Shown: positions 49,437 through 59,729, counted from the first letter of the stretch. The stretch: 64,000 nucleotides of DNA from Paenibacillaceae bacterium (GCA_040880185.1 JBBDIY010000083.1:1961-65960), one strand, 5' to 3'. A program made the numbers and translations. The notes: generated from the sequence alone by a model not told the origin.

Positions 49437-50840
49437 TCACCTGAAATCTGGCGGTGTACGACGAGCAACACCTGTTAGAATTGCGGCTTCTATGATCGCG
49501 TACCTGACCTTAGTTACAACTAATTCATTAAATATACTTGGAATGATATATTGCTCATTCAATTCAGTTTCGGAAACTACAGAAGCAATCGCTCTGGCAG
49601 CAGCCAGCTTCATCGGTTCGTTAATTCGCCGCGCTCTGCAATCAAGAGCCCCTCTGAAGATACCGGGGAAGACCAGCACGTTATTGATCTGATTGGGATA
49701 ATCACTTCTGCCTGTGGCAAGTACACGGACGTGTGGTAATGCGAGTTCTGGGTCAATCTCGGGATCAGGATTTGCCATGGCGAATACGATGCAGTCAGGA
49801 GCCATGTTCTTAACATCTTCAACGCTCAGAACTCCAGCTCTTGATACACCAATAAACACATCAGCACCCCGAACCACATCACTTAAGCTACCTGCTACAG
49901 TTCCAATCTGTGACTGCTCAGAAAGCCATTGCCACATCGGATGAATGTACTCCCCACCTCGCACAATAGCTCCATCCCGATCAACAGGAACCAGATCATT
50001 CACCCCGGCGGCTAACAGCATCTTGCAAATAGACACACCAGCAGCACCAATTCCGTTAACGACAACTCGGACCTTTTCCATCCTCTTGCCAACAACCTTC
50101 AATGCATTCAGCAACCCTGCAATCACAACAATTGCCGTTCCATGCTGGTCATCATGAAAAACAGGGATATCCAGTTCCTCAGCAAGCCGTGTCTCAATCT
50201 CGAAACAACGGGGAGAGCTGATATCCTCCAGATTAATCCCTCCGAAGATCGGACTCATTACCTTGATCGTCCGGATGATTTCCTCCGTATCCTTCGTATC
50301 CAAACAAATGGGAAAGGCATCTACTCCCGCCAGCTGCTTAAATAACATGGCCTTTCCTTCCATTATAGGTGCAGCTGCATACGGCCCAATATCTCCTAGT
50401 CCCAATACAGCTGTTCCGTCCGTTACAACGGCTATAGTATTCCTCTTAATTGTTAGAGAATATGCCTTATCTGGATTCTCATAGATGGCTGTTGCAACAC
50501 GAGCGACTCCTGGTGTATATACACGCGACAAATCATCTCGGTTCTTAATAGGCAGACTCGGCTGAATTGAAATCTTCCCACCCAGATGCACTAGGAAGGT
50601 TCGATCCGACACGTTAATAATTGTAATTCCCTGAAGCTGGTTAAGCGAGTCTACGATCCGCGACTCACCTTGGTCTACGATGTCAACTGTAATATCACGT
50701 ACAGAAGAATGCTGTCCAGAGCGAATTACATCAATCGAAGTAATATCTCCACCTGCTTTACTAATAGCCGAGGCTACATCTCCAAAGTCGACCATAGAAT
50801 GAGTTAATTCTAATCTTAGAATAATGCTGTTATAGGCCAA
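49437..50840 (-). CDS. NAD(P)-dependent malic enzyme with N-terminal ACT domain
   Basis: YTPGV, GGINLEDI, FHDDQHGT, GAAG, ANPDPE, SDYPNQINN. Confidence 0.93.
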   Translation of the reverse strand: MAYNSIILRLELTHSMVDFGDVASAISKAGGDITSIDVIRSGQHSSVRDITVDIVDQGESRIVDSLNQLQGITIINVSDRTFLVHLGGKISIQPSLPIKNRDDLSRVYTPGVARVATAIYENPDKAYSLTIKRNTIAVVTDGTAVLGLGDIGPYAAAPIMEGKAMLFKQLAGVDAFPICLDTKDTEEIIRTIKVMSPIFGGINLEDISSPRCFEIETRLAEELDIPVFHDDQHGTAIVVIAGLLNALKVVGKRMEKVRVVVNGIGAAGVSICKMLLAAGVNDLVPVDRDGAIVRGGEYIHPMWQWLSEQSQIGTVAGSLSDVVRGADVFIGVSRAGVLSVEDVKNMAPDCIVFAMANPDPEIDPELALPHVRVLATGRSDYPNQINNVLVFPGIFRGALDCRARRINEPMKLAAARAIASVVSETELNEQYIIPSIFNELVVTKVRYAIIEAAILTGVARRTPPDFR

Positions 50841-51165
50841 TTTATATGCTCCTTTTTGTCCATTATTAGATCAATATGAATATAGTATACTTGATACTAG
50901 GATCAATGAATACCTTCACCTTCGAGGCATCAAATCAAATGCTGGCAAGACTTACATTCGTATCTCCATTGAATCTCGATTCCATTCCCGCCACTGACAC
51001 CAACACCGACAATCTTATTATTGTAAGCGGTCTCTTAATAATTTTCAAGTAATTTCTCTATATTTATAGTATACCGAATGCCAAATTATGTATCGTGCCG
51101 TTATTCATCAAGGCCAGATTGTCCTATTATGATGACAATAACAAGATGTTGGGATTTTATATTAG

Positions 51166-51684
51166 TTACGTAACATCGGAATCTCTCTTTGGAATTGTCA
51201 AAGTAAACGTTGTCCATTCATAGGGACGACTTTCCACGGTTATAGATCCGCCATGCTTTTTCATAATCTCTTCAGATATCGACAGGCCTATACCAGCACC
51301 GTTACTTTGGCGTCCTTTGTCCACTAAGTAAAACCGCCTGAAAATATTCTGTTGCTCCTCCTCTGCAATCCCTCTTCCTCTATCCGTTATAGCAATCTGC
51401 ACGGTTGCCGCCGTTTCCGATAATGTCACTCCAAGAAATCGGCCTTCTATCCCATATTGGATTGAGTTATCGATGACATTGAGGATGACTTGCCCAATGG
51501 GTTGTTCATGGACCTTCTGTATGGATATTTCCAGTTCAAGAGCTTGATCCTCCAAGAAGAACATGTATTCCGCCATTATGGTTTGGACTAAGCCATTCAT
51601 ATGGGTGCAGAGGTTGCCGTTATGGTTCAACGTTTGCTTCAGAAATCGGATCTGATTTAATAAATTTATTAATGGAGTGAACAC
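51166..51684 (-). pseudogene. Histidine kinase remnant (HATPase_c only)
   Basis: N, G1, F and G2 boxes (DRGRGI, IFRRFY, GAGIGLSI) without H-box or sensor. Confidence 0.7.
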
Positions 51685-51848
51685 GGATTTCCGTATTCAC
51701 TCCATTTTGTCGATCTTGTTTTTATTTCATATATTCACCTTAATGTTGGATTTTTTATGCAATATCGCTTTTGTTATGTGTGTCGATTGCCTGCTCTCAT
51801 CTTGAATGTTAAAGTCGATATATAAATACAAACTCATGAAAAGGAACG

Positions 51849-52847
51849 GTGAACATGGTATATCAAGCTGCTGAAACGCGTTATGACAAAATGAAATATA
51901 ATCGCACCGGCAAGTCCGGTCTGTTACTTCCTGCTATATCACTAGGACTTTGGCACAATTTCGGTGGTGTAGATACTTATTCTAATGGATTAGCAATGGT
52001 GAGAAGAGCATTCGATCTAGGCATTACCCATATCGACTTAGCGAATAATTATGGTCCTCCCGCTGGATCAGCAGAGAACACCTTTGGACTTATGATGAAA
52101 ACTGACTTTGCCCCATACCGCGATGAGATGATCATCTCCACCAAAGCTGGGTACCACATGTGGGCAGGTCCTTACGGCGAGTGGGGTTCCAGAAAATATC
52201 TCGTTGCCAGCTTGAATCAAAGCTTGAAGCGGATGGGATTAGACTACGTTGATATATTCTACCATCACCGTCCAGACCCAAATACACCGATGGAAGAAAC
52301 GATCGGCGCACTAGATTCCATCGTTCGTCAAGGAAAGGCACTGTACGTGGGAATCTCCAACTACTCTGCTGATCAGACTGCCCAAGCCGTCAAGATCGCT
52401 AATCGCTTAGGGACACCCCTGCTCATTCATCAGCCATCCTATAGCATGTTGAACCGTTGGATTGAAAACGGCTTGCAGGATGTGTTAGAAGAAAACGGCG
52501 TGGGAAGTATCGTATTCAGTCCTCTTGCCCAAGGCCTATTGTCGGACAAGTATCTGAAGGGAATTCCGAGTGACTCACGCGCTGCCAATCCAACTGGATT
52601 CCTACAGGAAAGCTCTGTAACTCCTGAAGTTGTGCAGAAGCTGACGAAGCTTAACACAATCGCTGCTGGACGTGGACAATCCTTAGCGCAATTAGCATTA
52701 GCATGGGTATTACGTGGCGGACGAGTCACATCCGCACTCATCGGAGCAAGTCGTGTAAGCCAGATCGAAGATAGCGTCGCCGCTTTGGACAATCTCGAAT
52801 TCTCCTCGGAAGAATTAGCAAGCATTGAACTTATTCTTAAAGGTTAA
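51849..52847 (+). CDS. mgrA: L-glyceraldehyde 3-phosphate reductase / aldo-keto reductase (YghZ/MgrA)
   Basis: LGLWHNFG, DLANNYGPP.GSAE, STKAGY.MW.GPYG. Confidence 0.9.
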   Translation: MNMVYQAAETRYDKMKYNRTGKSGLLLPAISLGLWHNFGGVDTYSNGLAMVRRAFDLGITHIDLANNYGPPAGSAENTFGLMMKTDFAPYRDEMIISTKAGYHMWAGPYGEWGSRKYLVASLNQSLKRMGLDYVDIFYHHRPDPNTPMEETIGALDSIVRQGKALYVGISNYSADQTAQAVKIANRLGTPLLIHQPSYSMLNRWIENGLQDVLEENGVGSIVFSPLAQGLLSDKYLKGIPSDSRAANPTGFLQESSVTPEVVQKLTKLNTIAAGRGQSLAQLALAWVLRGGRVTSALIGASRVSQIEDSVAALDNLEFSSEELASIELILKG

Positions 52848-52857
52848 GATGGTGAGT

Positions 52858-52891
52858 AGTTCCGGGGGATCATTCCCCTGGAACTTTTTTT
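52858..52891 (+). terminator. Intrinsic terminator
   Basis: agttccgggg..cccctggaact + T run. Confidence 0.85.
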
Positions 52892-52967
52892 AACTTATGC
52901 CACTGTGCCCCGCATTTCTGAGAATTAGTCGATTTTTTCGAGTAACTCTCTTATCACCTCCAATTTT

Positions 52968-53636
52968 TTATTTTCCACGGTGCATGAGGGTTATCGCCTT
53001 TTCGGTTAGCTTGAATTCATGGCATCGCGTCAATCCGCCACCCATTGCATGGACTAATCCTTTCAATTCCAAATCACGTATAACCTTTCTACATGTTTCT
53101 CTCTTAAGTAAGAGCCACTCGCTTACATCAGCAAGACTAAATGGTTGATAGTGAAACATGGCACACCGAACGATCTCCCGTTCATAAACGGGGAGATGAT
53201 ATATTCCTGCTCCCTCCACATTCCCGATGCGACCAATCATCTCATACAGATTTCTCTGGCAGAAATCCGGCTTTTTCTCTAACTCATCTCGGCTATACGG
53301 AAAGTAGGTATAACCCAGAGTTGCAACTGAACGCACTCGAGCCCTCTCGAATGAAAACCGATCCCGTGTAACTTTCTCAGCATGTGTGACAAAATGATCC
53401 TCCTCGAATACAATTCTCAGTACGGAGTGAAATACGTCACCGTATATTTTCGCACCTGACAAACTCATCATCTCATACTCAAGGATCAGACCCTTGAATG
53501 AACCGCATACCGGCAGCAATACCTTATCCAGTAACTTCTTTGTGCCAGTCAAATCGCGTTGAAGCATCTCTAGCCTCTGACCACCTGCTTCATTAACTTG
53601 TTCCTTCCAGAATACCTCATACTCCTGCTCGAACAT
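52968..53636 (-). CDS. DUF559/Vsr-like PD-(D/E)XK-fold protein with C-terminal winged HTH
   Basis: LEYE...YGD......FEED...H, FS.ER.R....LGY...YS.DE pattern; C-terminal RKVIRDLELKGLV; start ATG 53636. Confidence 0.6.
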   Translation of the reverse strand: MFEQEYEVFWKEQVNEAGGQRLEMLQRDLTGTKKLLDKVLLPVCGSFKGLILEYEMMSLSGAKIYGDVFHSVLRIVFEEDHFVTHAEKVTRDRFSFERARVRSVATLGYTYFPYSRDELEKKPDFCQRNLYEMIGRIGNVEGAGIYHLPVYEREIVRCAMFHYQPFSLADVSEWLLLKRETCRKVIRDLELKGLVHAMGGGLTRCHEFKLTEKAITLMHRGK

Positions 53637-53651
53637 ACAACCGCCCCCTAT

Positions 53652-53755
53652 AATAACAAAACGCCACCAACTCCCAGAAAAGGAGCCAGCGGCGTGTGCT
53701 TCACGACCAATCATATTTATACAATTAGAATATCAAATCCCCGTTTGATTGGCAA
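53652..53755 (-). promoter_or_regulatory. Sigma-A promoter plus short leader with terminator hairpin ahead of the nuclease-like gene
   Basis: TTGCCA-17-TATTCT (53755-53727); hairpin acgccgctggctcc/ggagttggtggcgt (53695-53661) + ttttgtt. Confidence 0.65.
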
Positions 53756-53759
53756 CCAA

Positions 53760-55097
53760 TTAACCCTCAAGCAGCCACTGCTGCATGAGCTTCGTAAACT
53801 TCTTCTCACCACTTACCGAACGGTGTATCCAATCGATGTAATCCGTTGCAGCCCATTGATCGGAAGACGAATTGAAGTCTTTAAATCGCACATTCGGATT
53901 GTCAGCAAAAAGAGCTTGAATTTGACCTATATAAGCATCGAATTGGTCTGATGTCAGCTTCGTATGCTTGTATACCTCACTCGTCAGATAAGGTGGGATA
54001 TAGAGGAAGAAGCTTTGATCCGATCTTGTTGCTATATAAGAACTAAGCTCGTTCAATCTACTGGATAATTTCAAATCTAATGGTGTCTTAGGAGTGAATA
54101 TTTGCTTGCTCCGAGCTATTGTCGCATCTTTCAATATGGCTGGTTGCGCTAGGTAATTGGCATACGGTCGACTAGTTGTAACATCATCATCACGAATGAT
54201 ATCATTACGAATATAACCAAGAGCATCTGAATAATCAGGAATAGAACCTCCTAAAACGTCCATCAATCCAGAATATTGATCAATACTTGAGTCTCCCCAG
54301 AAGTATTCGAGTTGCACAACAATGTTCGGCTCGTCTACTCCATTTAACGCATATTTCATAAAAGGCAGCATTTGATTAAGTGTAAATCCAGGTGCTCCCA
54401 GGTTGAAGCTGCTCCTCCCTGTCGCCTCAGCAATCAGATAAGGATGTGTTTCTTTCCTTCCCAGATAAGATCCCCAAGTTATCGAATCCCCGAAGAAAAC
54501 GTAAGAATCCGGAGTATGATTTTCCCGCAAATAAGATATCGCATAAGGCGCATCTTGAAGGATTGTCGTATAGGGTAAAGTCATACGATACCTTCCCAAT
54601 GAAGATGCCGTCTCATTCAATTCAAGTGATGGTTTCTTACTATTGATCGTAATCGTCTTGGCGGTGCCATCGTAATTAACCTGAGCATCCAAAGACTCAC
54701 TAACCATTCTGAGTGGTACCAAAGTACGATAATCCTTAGTCATCCCAGCAACATTGGATTTGTTATCGATCTTCGAGCCATTGATGATGGCATAGGTCGT
54801 ACCGATTGTATATATAATCTCCATCTGATTTCGCTCTGCGGTCACTGTTTGAGTAGAAGGATTCCACGTGGTAATATCCGCACCAAGCGCCTCGAATATC
54901 GCTCTCATCGGTACTAAAGTCGTACCCTGAATAATGATGGGATCTACATCGAATTTCATCATTGTACCATCTAGGATAACTTTAGGTGCCACGGGTATAG
55001 GAGCCACTATTGGTTTAGCATAAGCAGAATATGCAGTTGGATACACCGATAGCAACAACAAAAGTGCACATACAACCTTAAGCTTTAACAAGCGCAA
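53760..55097 (-). CDS. Secreted copper-amine-oxidase-N domain protein with SGNH/GDSL-like C-terminal domain
   Basis: TLVPMR/TLVPLR; FFGDSITWG, NLG..G, D..H. Confidence 0.75.
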   Translation of the reverse strand: MRLLKLKVVCALLLLLSVYPTAYSAYAKPIVAPIPVAPKVILDGTMMKFDVDPIIIQGTTLVPMRAIFEALGADITTWNPSTQTVTAERNQMEIIYTIGTTYAIINGSKIDNKSNVAGMTKDYRTLVPLRMVSESLDAQVNYDGTAKTITINSKKPSLELNETASSLGRYRMTLPYTTILQDAPYAISYLRENHTPDSYVFFGDSITWGSYLGRKETHPYLIAEATGRSSFNLGAPGFTLNQMLPFMKYALNGVDEPNIVVQLEYFWGDSSIDQYSGLMDVLGGSIPDYSDALGYIRNDIIRDDDVTTSRPYANYLAQPAILKDATIARSKQIFTPKTPLDLKLSSRLNELSSYIATRSDQSFFLYIPPYLTSEVYKHTKLTSDQFDAYIGQIQALFADNPNVRFKDFNSSSDQWAATDYIDWIHRSVSGEKKFTKLMQQWLLEG

Positions 55098-55105
55098 CTA
55101 AGTAA

Positions 55106-55171
55106 CCTCCTTCTGGAAATTAAACTGTCGTGACTAACAAGGGGTTTAATTGGAAGTCGATACGTATCGAG
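55106..55171 (-). repeat. Dispersed 66-bp 5'-UTR module ending in AAGGAGG RBS, copy 2
   Basis: Near-identical to 23361-23427. Confidence 0.88.
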
Positions 55172-55195
55172 TACTCCTTCTGAAGAATACAGCCT

Positions 55196-56971
55196 TTATT
55201 CAATATCTTTCAACGGCCAAATAATCAAATCAATTGGGAAATTAGAGCCAGCTGGTGGTGTAAACTCGATAAGAAGTTCCTTTTCCTTACCCGTTGTTCT
55301 TGCTAACAAATACACACCATCCATCGGTGTAATAACTCCTGAAGTCGGTGCCAATACCAATTCACCATTGATCATAATCGGTCCTTTGAATATCCCACCA
55401 CGTGCAGTCATAAGAATGGCCAGTTTCGGTGGATTGTTAGCATGTATGCGATACATAACCCCATAGTTACCCTTATTGACTGTTACTTCATTCGATAATG
55501 CATCTATTCCTGTTATAAAAGGATCATCAACCCCATTACCAATCGTAATCGAGGAAGGCTTAGCAAATGCTTTAGCTGGAAGCAGCCAATTGATCTCGGA
55601 TACCGGGAAGGTTCCACGGACATGTATCTCTCTAGGAAGAATACCATACTCAGAAGGTGAAGTCGGAACCCTATTGGGATCAACTACCATGAAAGAGAAA
55701 GTAACCTGACCACTGGTTTCTACATCATAGATCGCATTCATACCTTGACCTGGCAATAAATCGGGCATCTGAACGTAATTATAGGATTCTCCTGGGGCAA
55801 TGGTGATTTTCTCCTTATACGTATTCTGCATAATGAAGTCCAATGATGCTTGATGTCCGAATAAATTCGCATAAACCGATGGGTACACTTCACCCTTATT
55901 CGTCGTTGTAACGGTCAATGGCTCAGAGGTTAGATTCGTCGCCATGATAATAAATTTGACTGGAGTGGCCATCCCATTCTGATGGTTCGCATACAATCGG
56001 GCCTTCCCATTCACTGTATCCTGATAAAGAATACCAGTCTGAGTAAACGTCTCTGGGTTATCACTGACGAGTAGAGTTCGATCCTCAGTCGGTTGTTGTA
56101 TACTTCGTTCTGCTGGTAACAGTGACATGAATTTAGATTTCGCACTATAAGAAGAAGTCAGATTGAGAAAGGACCCTGTTGGTTTATATTGTACATTGTA
56201 ACCCGCTTCATCCAGGAACAGCTCGTTCTTAATTACAATATTCTTCGTAAAAATTTTACTTGTATTGCCATTTACATCCGTTACCTTTAGCGAGACATCA
56301 TAGACCCCAGGCTCGAAGAAAGCCTCTTCCTTGCCTGTCCATTCCTGCTTCGGTAAACCTTCAGCATCTGGGTCATAGCTTAGATTAATATATTTGACAG
56401 GTTCTCCGATACGGTACTCCTTCTTGCCGAATGTAAATTTCGCAACAGGTAACGAATTTCCCGTAACGGAATCAACAATCCCTTGAGCGTGAGCCCGATA
56501 AAGAATTTCGACCCTTCTTAGATCAGAGTTATACACATATTTCGTACCTGTGACGTCCCCAATCCATGCCAGCTTGACCATGAGTCGACCATTCACGATG
56601 GCACATAAATCGGAATATGGGATTGCATTTCCGTTCATTTGGACCTTATTATTCACTGGATCTATCGCGATGGGGCCCGCTGATGTTTCGATGCGAGTTC
56701 CTTTCGTTACTGGATCCCAAATAACAGGAAAACCTAGAGCATCACCCAAGAATTTCGCGGGTACGAACATTTTACCTTTAATAATGGTTGCTGGTGCATC
56801 TAAGATTACTTTCTCATCACCCACATAAGCCGTACTATTGTTTATGTATAGTAGGATTAGAGCAGTTGAACCGGACACATTGTTACTTGCAGATACATGA
56901 CTACTTACTGAGAATAGCGAAGCACAGAGTAGAGCGGTGATAAGAAGCATTACTACTGACTTTTGAACCAT
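55196..56971 (-). CDS. Secreted copper-amine-oxidase-N + PKD-like domain protein
   Basis: Signal peptide; MFVP.KF...LG; PVAKF, SYDP, PG.Y.VSL.VTD. Confidence 0.75.
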   Translation of the reverse strand: MVQKSVVMLLITALLCASLFSVSSHVSASNNVSGSTALILLYINNSTAYVGDEKVILDAPATIIKGKMFVPAKFLGDALGFPVIWDPVTKGTRIETSAGPIAIDPVNNKVQMNGNAIPYSDLCAIVNGRLMVKLAWIGDVTGTKYVYNSDLRRVEILYRAHAQGIVDSVTGNSLPVAKFTFGKKEYRIGEPVKYINLSYDPDAEGLPKQEWTGKEEAFFEPGVYDVSLKVTDVNGNTSKIFTKNIVIKNELFLDEAGYNVQYKPTGSFLNLTSSYSAKSKFMSLLPAERSIQQPTEDRTLLVSDNPETFTQTGILYQDTVNGKARLYANHQNGMATPVKFIIMATNLTSEPLTVTTTNKGEVYPSVYANLFGHQASLDFIMQNTYKEKITIAPGESYNYVQMPDLLPGQGMNAIYDVETSGQVTFSFMVVDPNRVPTSPSEYGILPREIHVRGTFPVSEINWLLPAKAFAKPSSITIGNGVDDPFITGIDALSNEVTVNKGNYGVMYRIHANNPPKLAILMTARGGIFKGPIMINGELVLAPTSGVITPMDGVYLLARTTGKEKELLIEFTPPAGSNFPIDLIIWPLKDIE

Positions 56972-57311
56972 AAGAATGATCTCTCCTAGTTGTTTTTGAT
57001 AACCATGCTGAATGGAGTTTGAAACCTCACTAGCAGAGCCTCATATTTATCTATACCTGCTTAGACGCCTACTTGTCGCGGAATGTTCTGTTATTCGATA
57101 AAATAAATTGCATACCAGTATTTTCTTAGGAGGAATATCCTATTCCTAATATAAATGTGGGTTCGATACTACAATGCTCATTCTGATCTATATGGCATTT
57201 AATTATCCCCACAAGCAAAAAAGCTAAGCGCATCTTACATCGCTAAGCTCATCTCACAGGTACAATTCATTCAATTGTTCTTCTTTCATAAATCTCGAAT
57301 CTCTTCAAGTC

Positions 57312-57611
57312 CTATCTACCATTCCGGCCATAATACCCCCACGCTCTATCCTTCCTTTTCTGGAAAACTAGAGAGATACTAAGCAAGCCAATAAGTACGA
57401 GTGTGATGATTAATGAGTTCTCAAAGTAAGATTTGAACAAAGCCGTTGACCATGAGTCACTTACAATGATTAGGTCGGCGACAAAGTTAGATATACCAAT
57501 TTCATCGTTCGCTTCGGGTATTAAGCTTTGTGTGTAATTCTGAGCCAAACCTATATTGGCGACAAAGGATAGTAAAACGGCAATGATCAATCCTAGTGAT
57601 AATCGGGACAT
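57312..57611 (-). CDS. Small two-TM membrane protein
   Basis: RBS ggagg; two hydrophobic segments. Confidence 0.6.
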   Translation of the reverse strand: MSRLSLGLIIAVLLSFVANIGLAQNYTQSLIPEANDEIGISNFVADLIIVSDSWSTALFKSYFENSLIITLVLIGLLSISLVFQKRKDRAWGYYGRNGR

Positions 57612-57866
57612 TTGATAAACCTCCATATTATATAGTAGTCTTAACCATATCATACTTGATTTAGACATCATTGCAACCATACAATATACCTAGAGTGAGG
57701 TGCCACATGAGAACAGCTAAGGGCTTCACAGAAGCCTAACAGAGATAGTAGATGTCGAATCGCAAGACAAGCTCTACTATGAATATGTAGCATCTCAGAA
57801 TAATTGGAAGCCGATGACTCTCTCAGGTGATCAACCGTATATGTTATCCCAGGGTGAGGATGCCAT

Positions 57867-58346
57867 CTATCGATCTGAATGAGTAGATAGGGCCTTATAA
57901 GCTTTAATATAACTAAAGTGCATACCTTCATGATACAAGGTGAAATTTAAAAATTCCCGAACAGTTTCAAGATAAAGACCCGCCGATGTTGTATACGGCT
58001 TCTCTACCTTCTCATTGAGTCGATGCTCCAAAGCACTACTTACTCGCGCTTGTTGTCCACTTAATAAAGTAATTAATTCGCTTATTGATGGTGGCCCTTC
58101 TGTCCAGTTCAATGGTGATGTACCATTAGCGAATAAATCTGGGTAGTTGGCTGGTAATGTTAAAGGCATTCCTAAGAAACGAAATGCAAAATTCTCCTGA
58201 ACCACATAAATATGTCCCAAATTCCATCGAATATTGTTCCTGAAGCCGGTATGTATGGCATCTGCCACATCTTCCGTAATGTCCGCAACTGCCTTTAATG
58301 TTTGTTCCCTAACAAATTCAAGCTGTCTGAGTAGATAATCGCTCAC
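57867..58346 (-). CDS. DinB family protein
   Basis: NNIRWNLGH, F..GTSP..W, HEGMH. Confidence 0.88.
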   Translation of the reverse strand: MSDYLLRQLEFVREQTLKAVADITEDVADAIHTGFRNNIRWNLGHIYVVQENFAFRFLGMPLTLPANYPDLFANGTSPLNWTEGPPSISELITLLSGQQARVSSALEHRLNEKVEKPYTTSAGLYLETVREFLNFTLYHEGMHFSYIKAYKALSTHSDR

Positions 58347-58353
58347 TGCATAA

Positions 58354-58590
58354 TCACTCCTTTGAATTGATGACTCTCCATGATTCCTTCATTGATTCCT
58401 TCTTAATGTATTGATCAATGCTCAGATTCGAACCGTTACTGAAGTTATCATTCTGGATCAGTTTCTTCATCACTTCTTGTGCTGCCTCGATCGCTAACTT
58501 CTCATCTTGTAGTAAATAATAACATATACGATAACATTTTACCTCATATTGTCTTCCTATATTAACCCGCTCCAGCAGTGTGGATTCCAT
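58354..58590 (-). CDS. Small protein resembling an isolated ECF sigma region 2
   Basis: YRICYYLLQDEKLAIEAAQEV; RBS gaggtg; 7 bp upstream of the DinB gene. Confidence 0.55.
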   Translation of the reverse strand: MESTLLERVNIGRQYEVKCYRICYYLLQDEKLAIEAAQEVMKKLIQNDNFSNGSNLSIDQYIKKESMKESWRVINSKE

Positions 58591-58667
58591 GAACAGTCAC
58601 CTCATCTACAGCTTAACAGACCCCCATGAATTTCCTAGTACTAAATTTTTCTAGTACCCCCTAACAG

Positions 58668-58705
58668 TAAGAAGGATCTCAAGTTAATTCCTGAGATCCT
58701 TCTTA
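58668..58705. terminator. Terminator-like hairpin downstream of the zinc-finger ORF
   Basis: taagaaggatctca..tgagatccttctta. Confidence 0.75.
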
Positions 58706-58715
58706 TCGTTAACCC

Positions 58716-58892
58716 TTATGACTTCTTGAAACGCTGTAGAAGGCTAATCTTCCCACGCCCATGACATGAGATACAAGCAACCCGCCCGCCACCTGAGCAA
58801 GCCTCACATTTATGGAGACCGTAATCGAAGCCAGCACCCTTACATTGACTACAATCCGATAAACCAAGCCCATTGCAATCTTTACATTTCAT
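58716..58892 (-). CDS. Stand-alone DnaJ-type zinc-finger miniprotein (58 aa, absent from ORF track)
   Basis: MKCKDCNGLGLSDCSQCKGAGFDYGLHKCEACSGGGRVACISCHGRGKISLLQRFKKS; four CxxCxGxG; RBS aaggagg. Confidence 0.88.
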   Translation of the reverse strand: MKCKDCNGLGLSDCSQCKGAGFDYGLHKCEACSGGGRVACISCHGRGKISLLQRFKKS

Positions 58893-59035
58893 TAGAGAGC
58901 CTCCTTCTAACCATACAGAGAGCTGTGAGTAATTTGTATTATTATATTGGGGTTTCTAACAAAATATATCTGTATTCTTATCCACTACAACTTTATTCTT
59001 GGTAAGACTCCACAACTATTCTAACTGTTATTCTG

Positions 59036-59533
59036 TTATATTTTGTGATTGAAGAATACATGTCTAGCTTTCAACTCCTCAGTTATCTCAAGAAGTGCGT
59101 ATGAATACTGCGGTTGTCTTCGCTTATCTGTAGGTGATCCTGGATTCAATACCAGTATACCGTTAACAGTCTTGACCAAAGGAATATGTGAATGCCCGAA
59201 AATGATACAGTCGACGTCCTCGTCCTTGAATGCACCGAGTGCATTGTCCTCCGTCGTTCCACGCATACCATGACCATGTACAATCCCAATTTTCCTGGAT
59301 TCAAACTCGATCACCTTCTGATAACCGAATCGTGTTACAATTTCGATCCCATCGGTATTGCCAGCAACCCCATCTATTGGAGCGAGTTGTCTTAGCTGTT
59401 CATACACGTCCATTGTATTCCAATCACCGGCATGCAGGATGTAATCGACTTTCTCCATGTCCCTCAGAAGATCTGTAGGCAACTGTCGAGCCATTCCTGG
59501 CATGTGGGTGTCCGAGATTATGCCTAGTAGCAC
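59036..59533 (-). CDS. Metallophosphoesterase, YfcE/YsnB family
   Basis: SDTH, HAGD, GN.D, HGH, GHSH, NPGS. Confidence 0.92.
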   Translation of the reverse strand: MLLGIISDTHMPGMARQLPTDLLRDMEKVDYILHAGDWNTMDVYEQLRQLAPIDGVAGNTDGIEIVTRFGYQKVIEFESRKIGIVHGHGMRGTTEDNALGAFKDEDVDCIIFGHSHIPLVKTVNGILVLNPGSPTDKRRQPQYSYALLEITEELKARHVFFNHKI

Positions 59534-59703
59534 CTTGGTCCCTCCTCGTCATTGTTAATTCCAATATAACGATTATAATTTAAGTGTTTATCCATCGTCA
59601 AAATCATACTTGAATAGGAACAACAGTTGATCTAAAAATCGTCTCACCGTATAATTAACTTAGCTCATATAAATGACGTATCTTCTGTCAGGAACTTGAA
59701 TAT

Positions 59704-59729
59704 TGAAACCTAATGCCTTTGATTCCGTA
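59704..59729 (+). promoter_or_regulatory. SigW-type ECF promoter of pspA
   Basis: TGAAAC-N16-CGTA exact consensus; Bacillus subtilis pspA is SigW-dependent. Confidence 0.8.

Noticed and set aside
58700-58900. Possible 6S or SRP RNA in an apparently empty GC-rich interval
   Set aside because: No recognisable motifs; the region is fully explained by the 58-aa zinc-finger ORF on the minus strand
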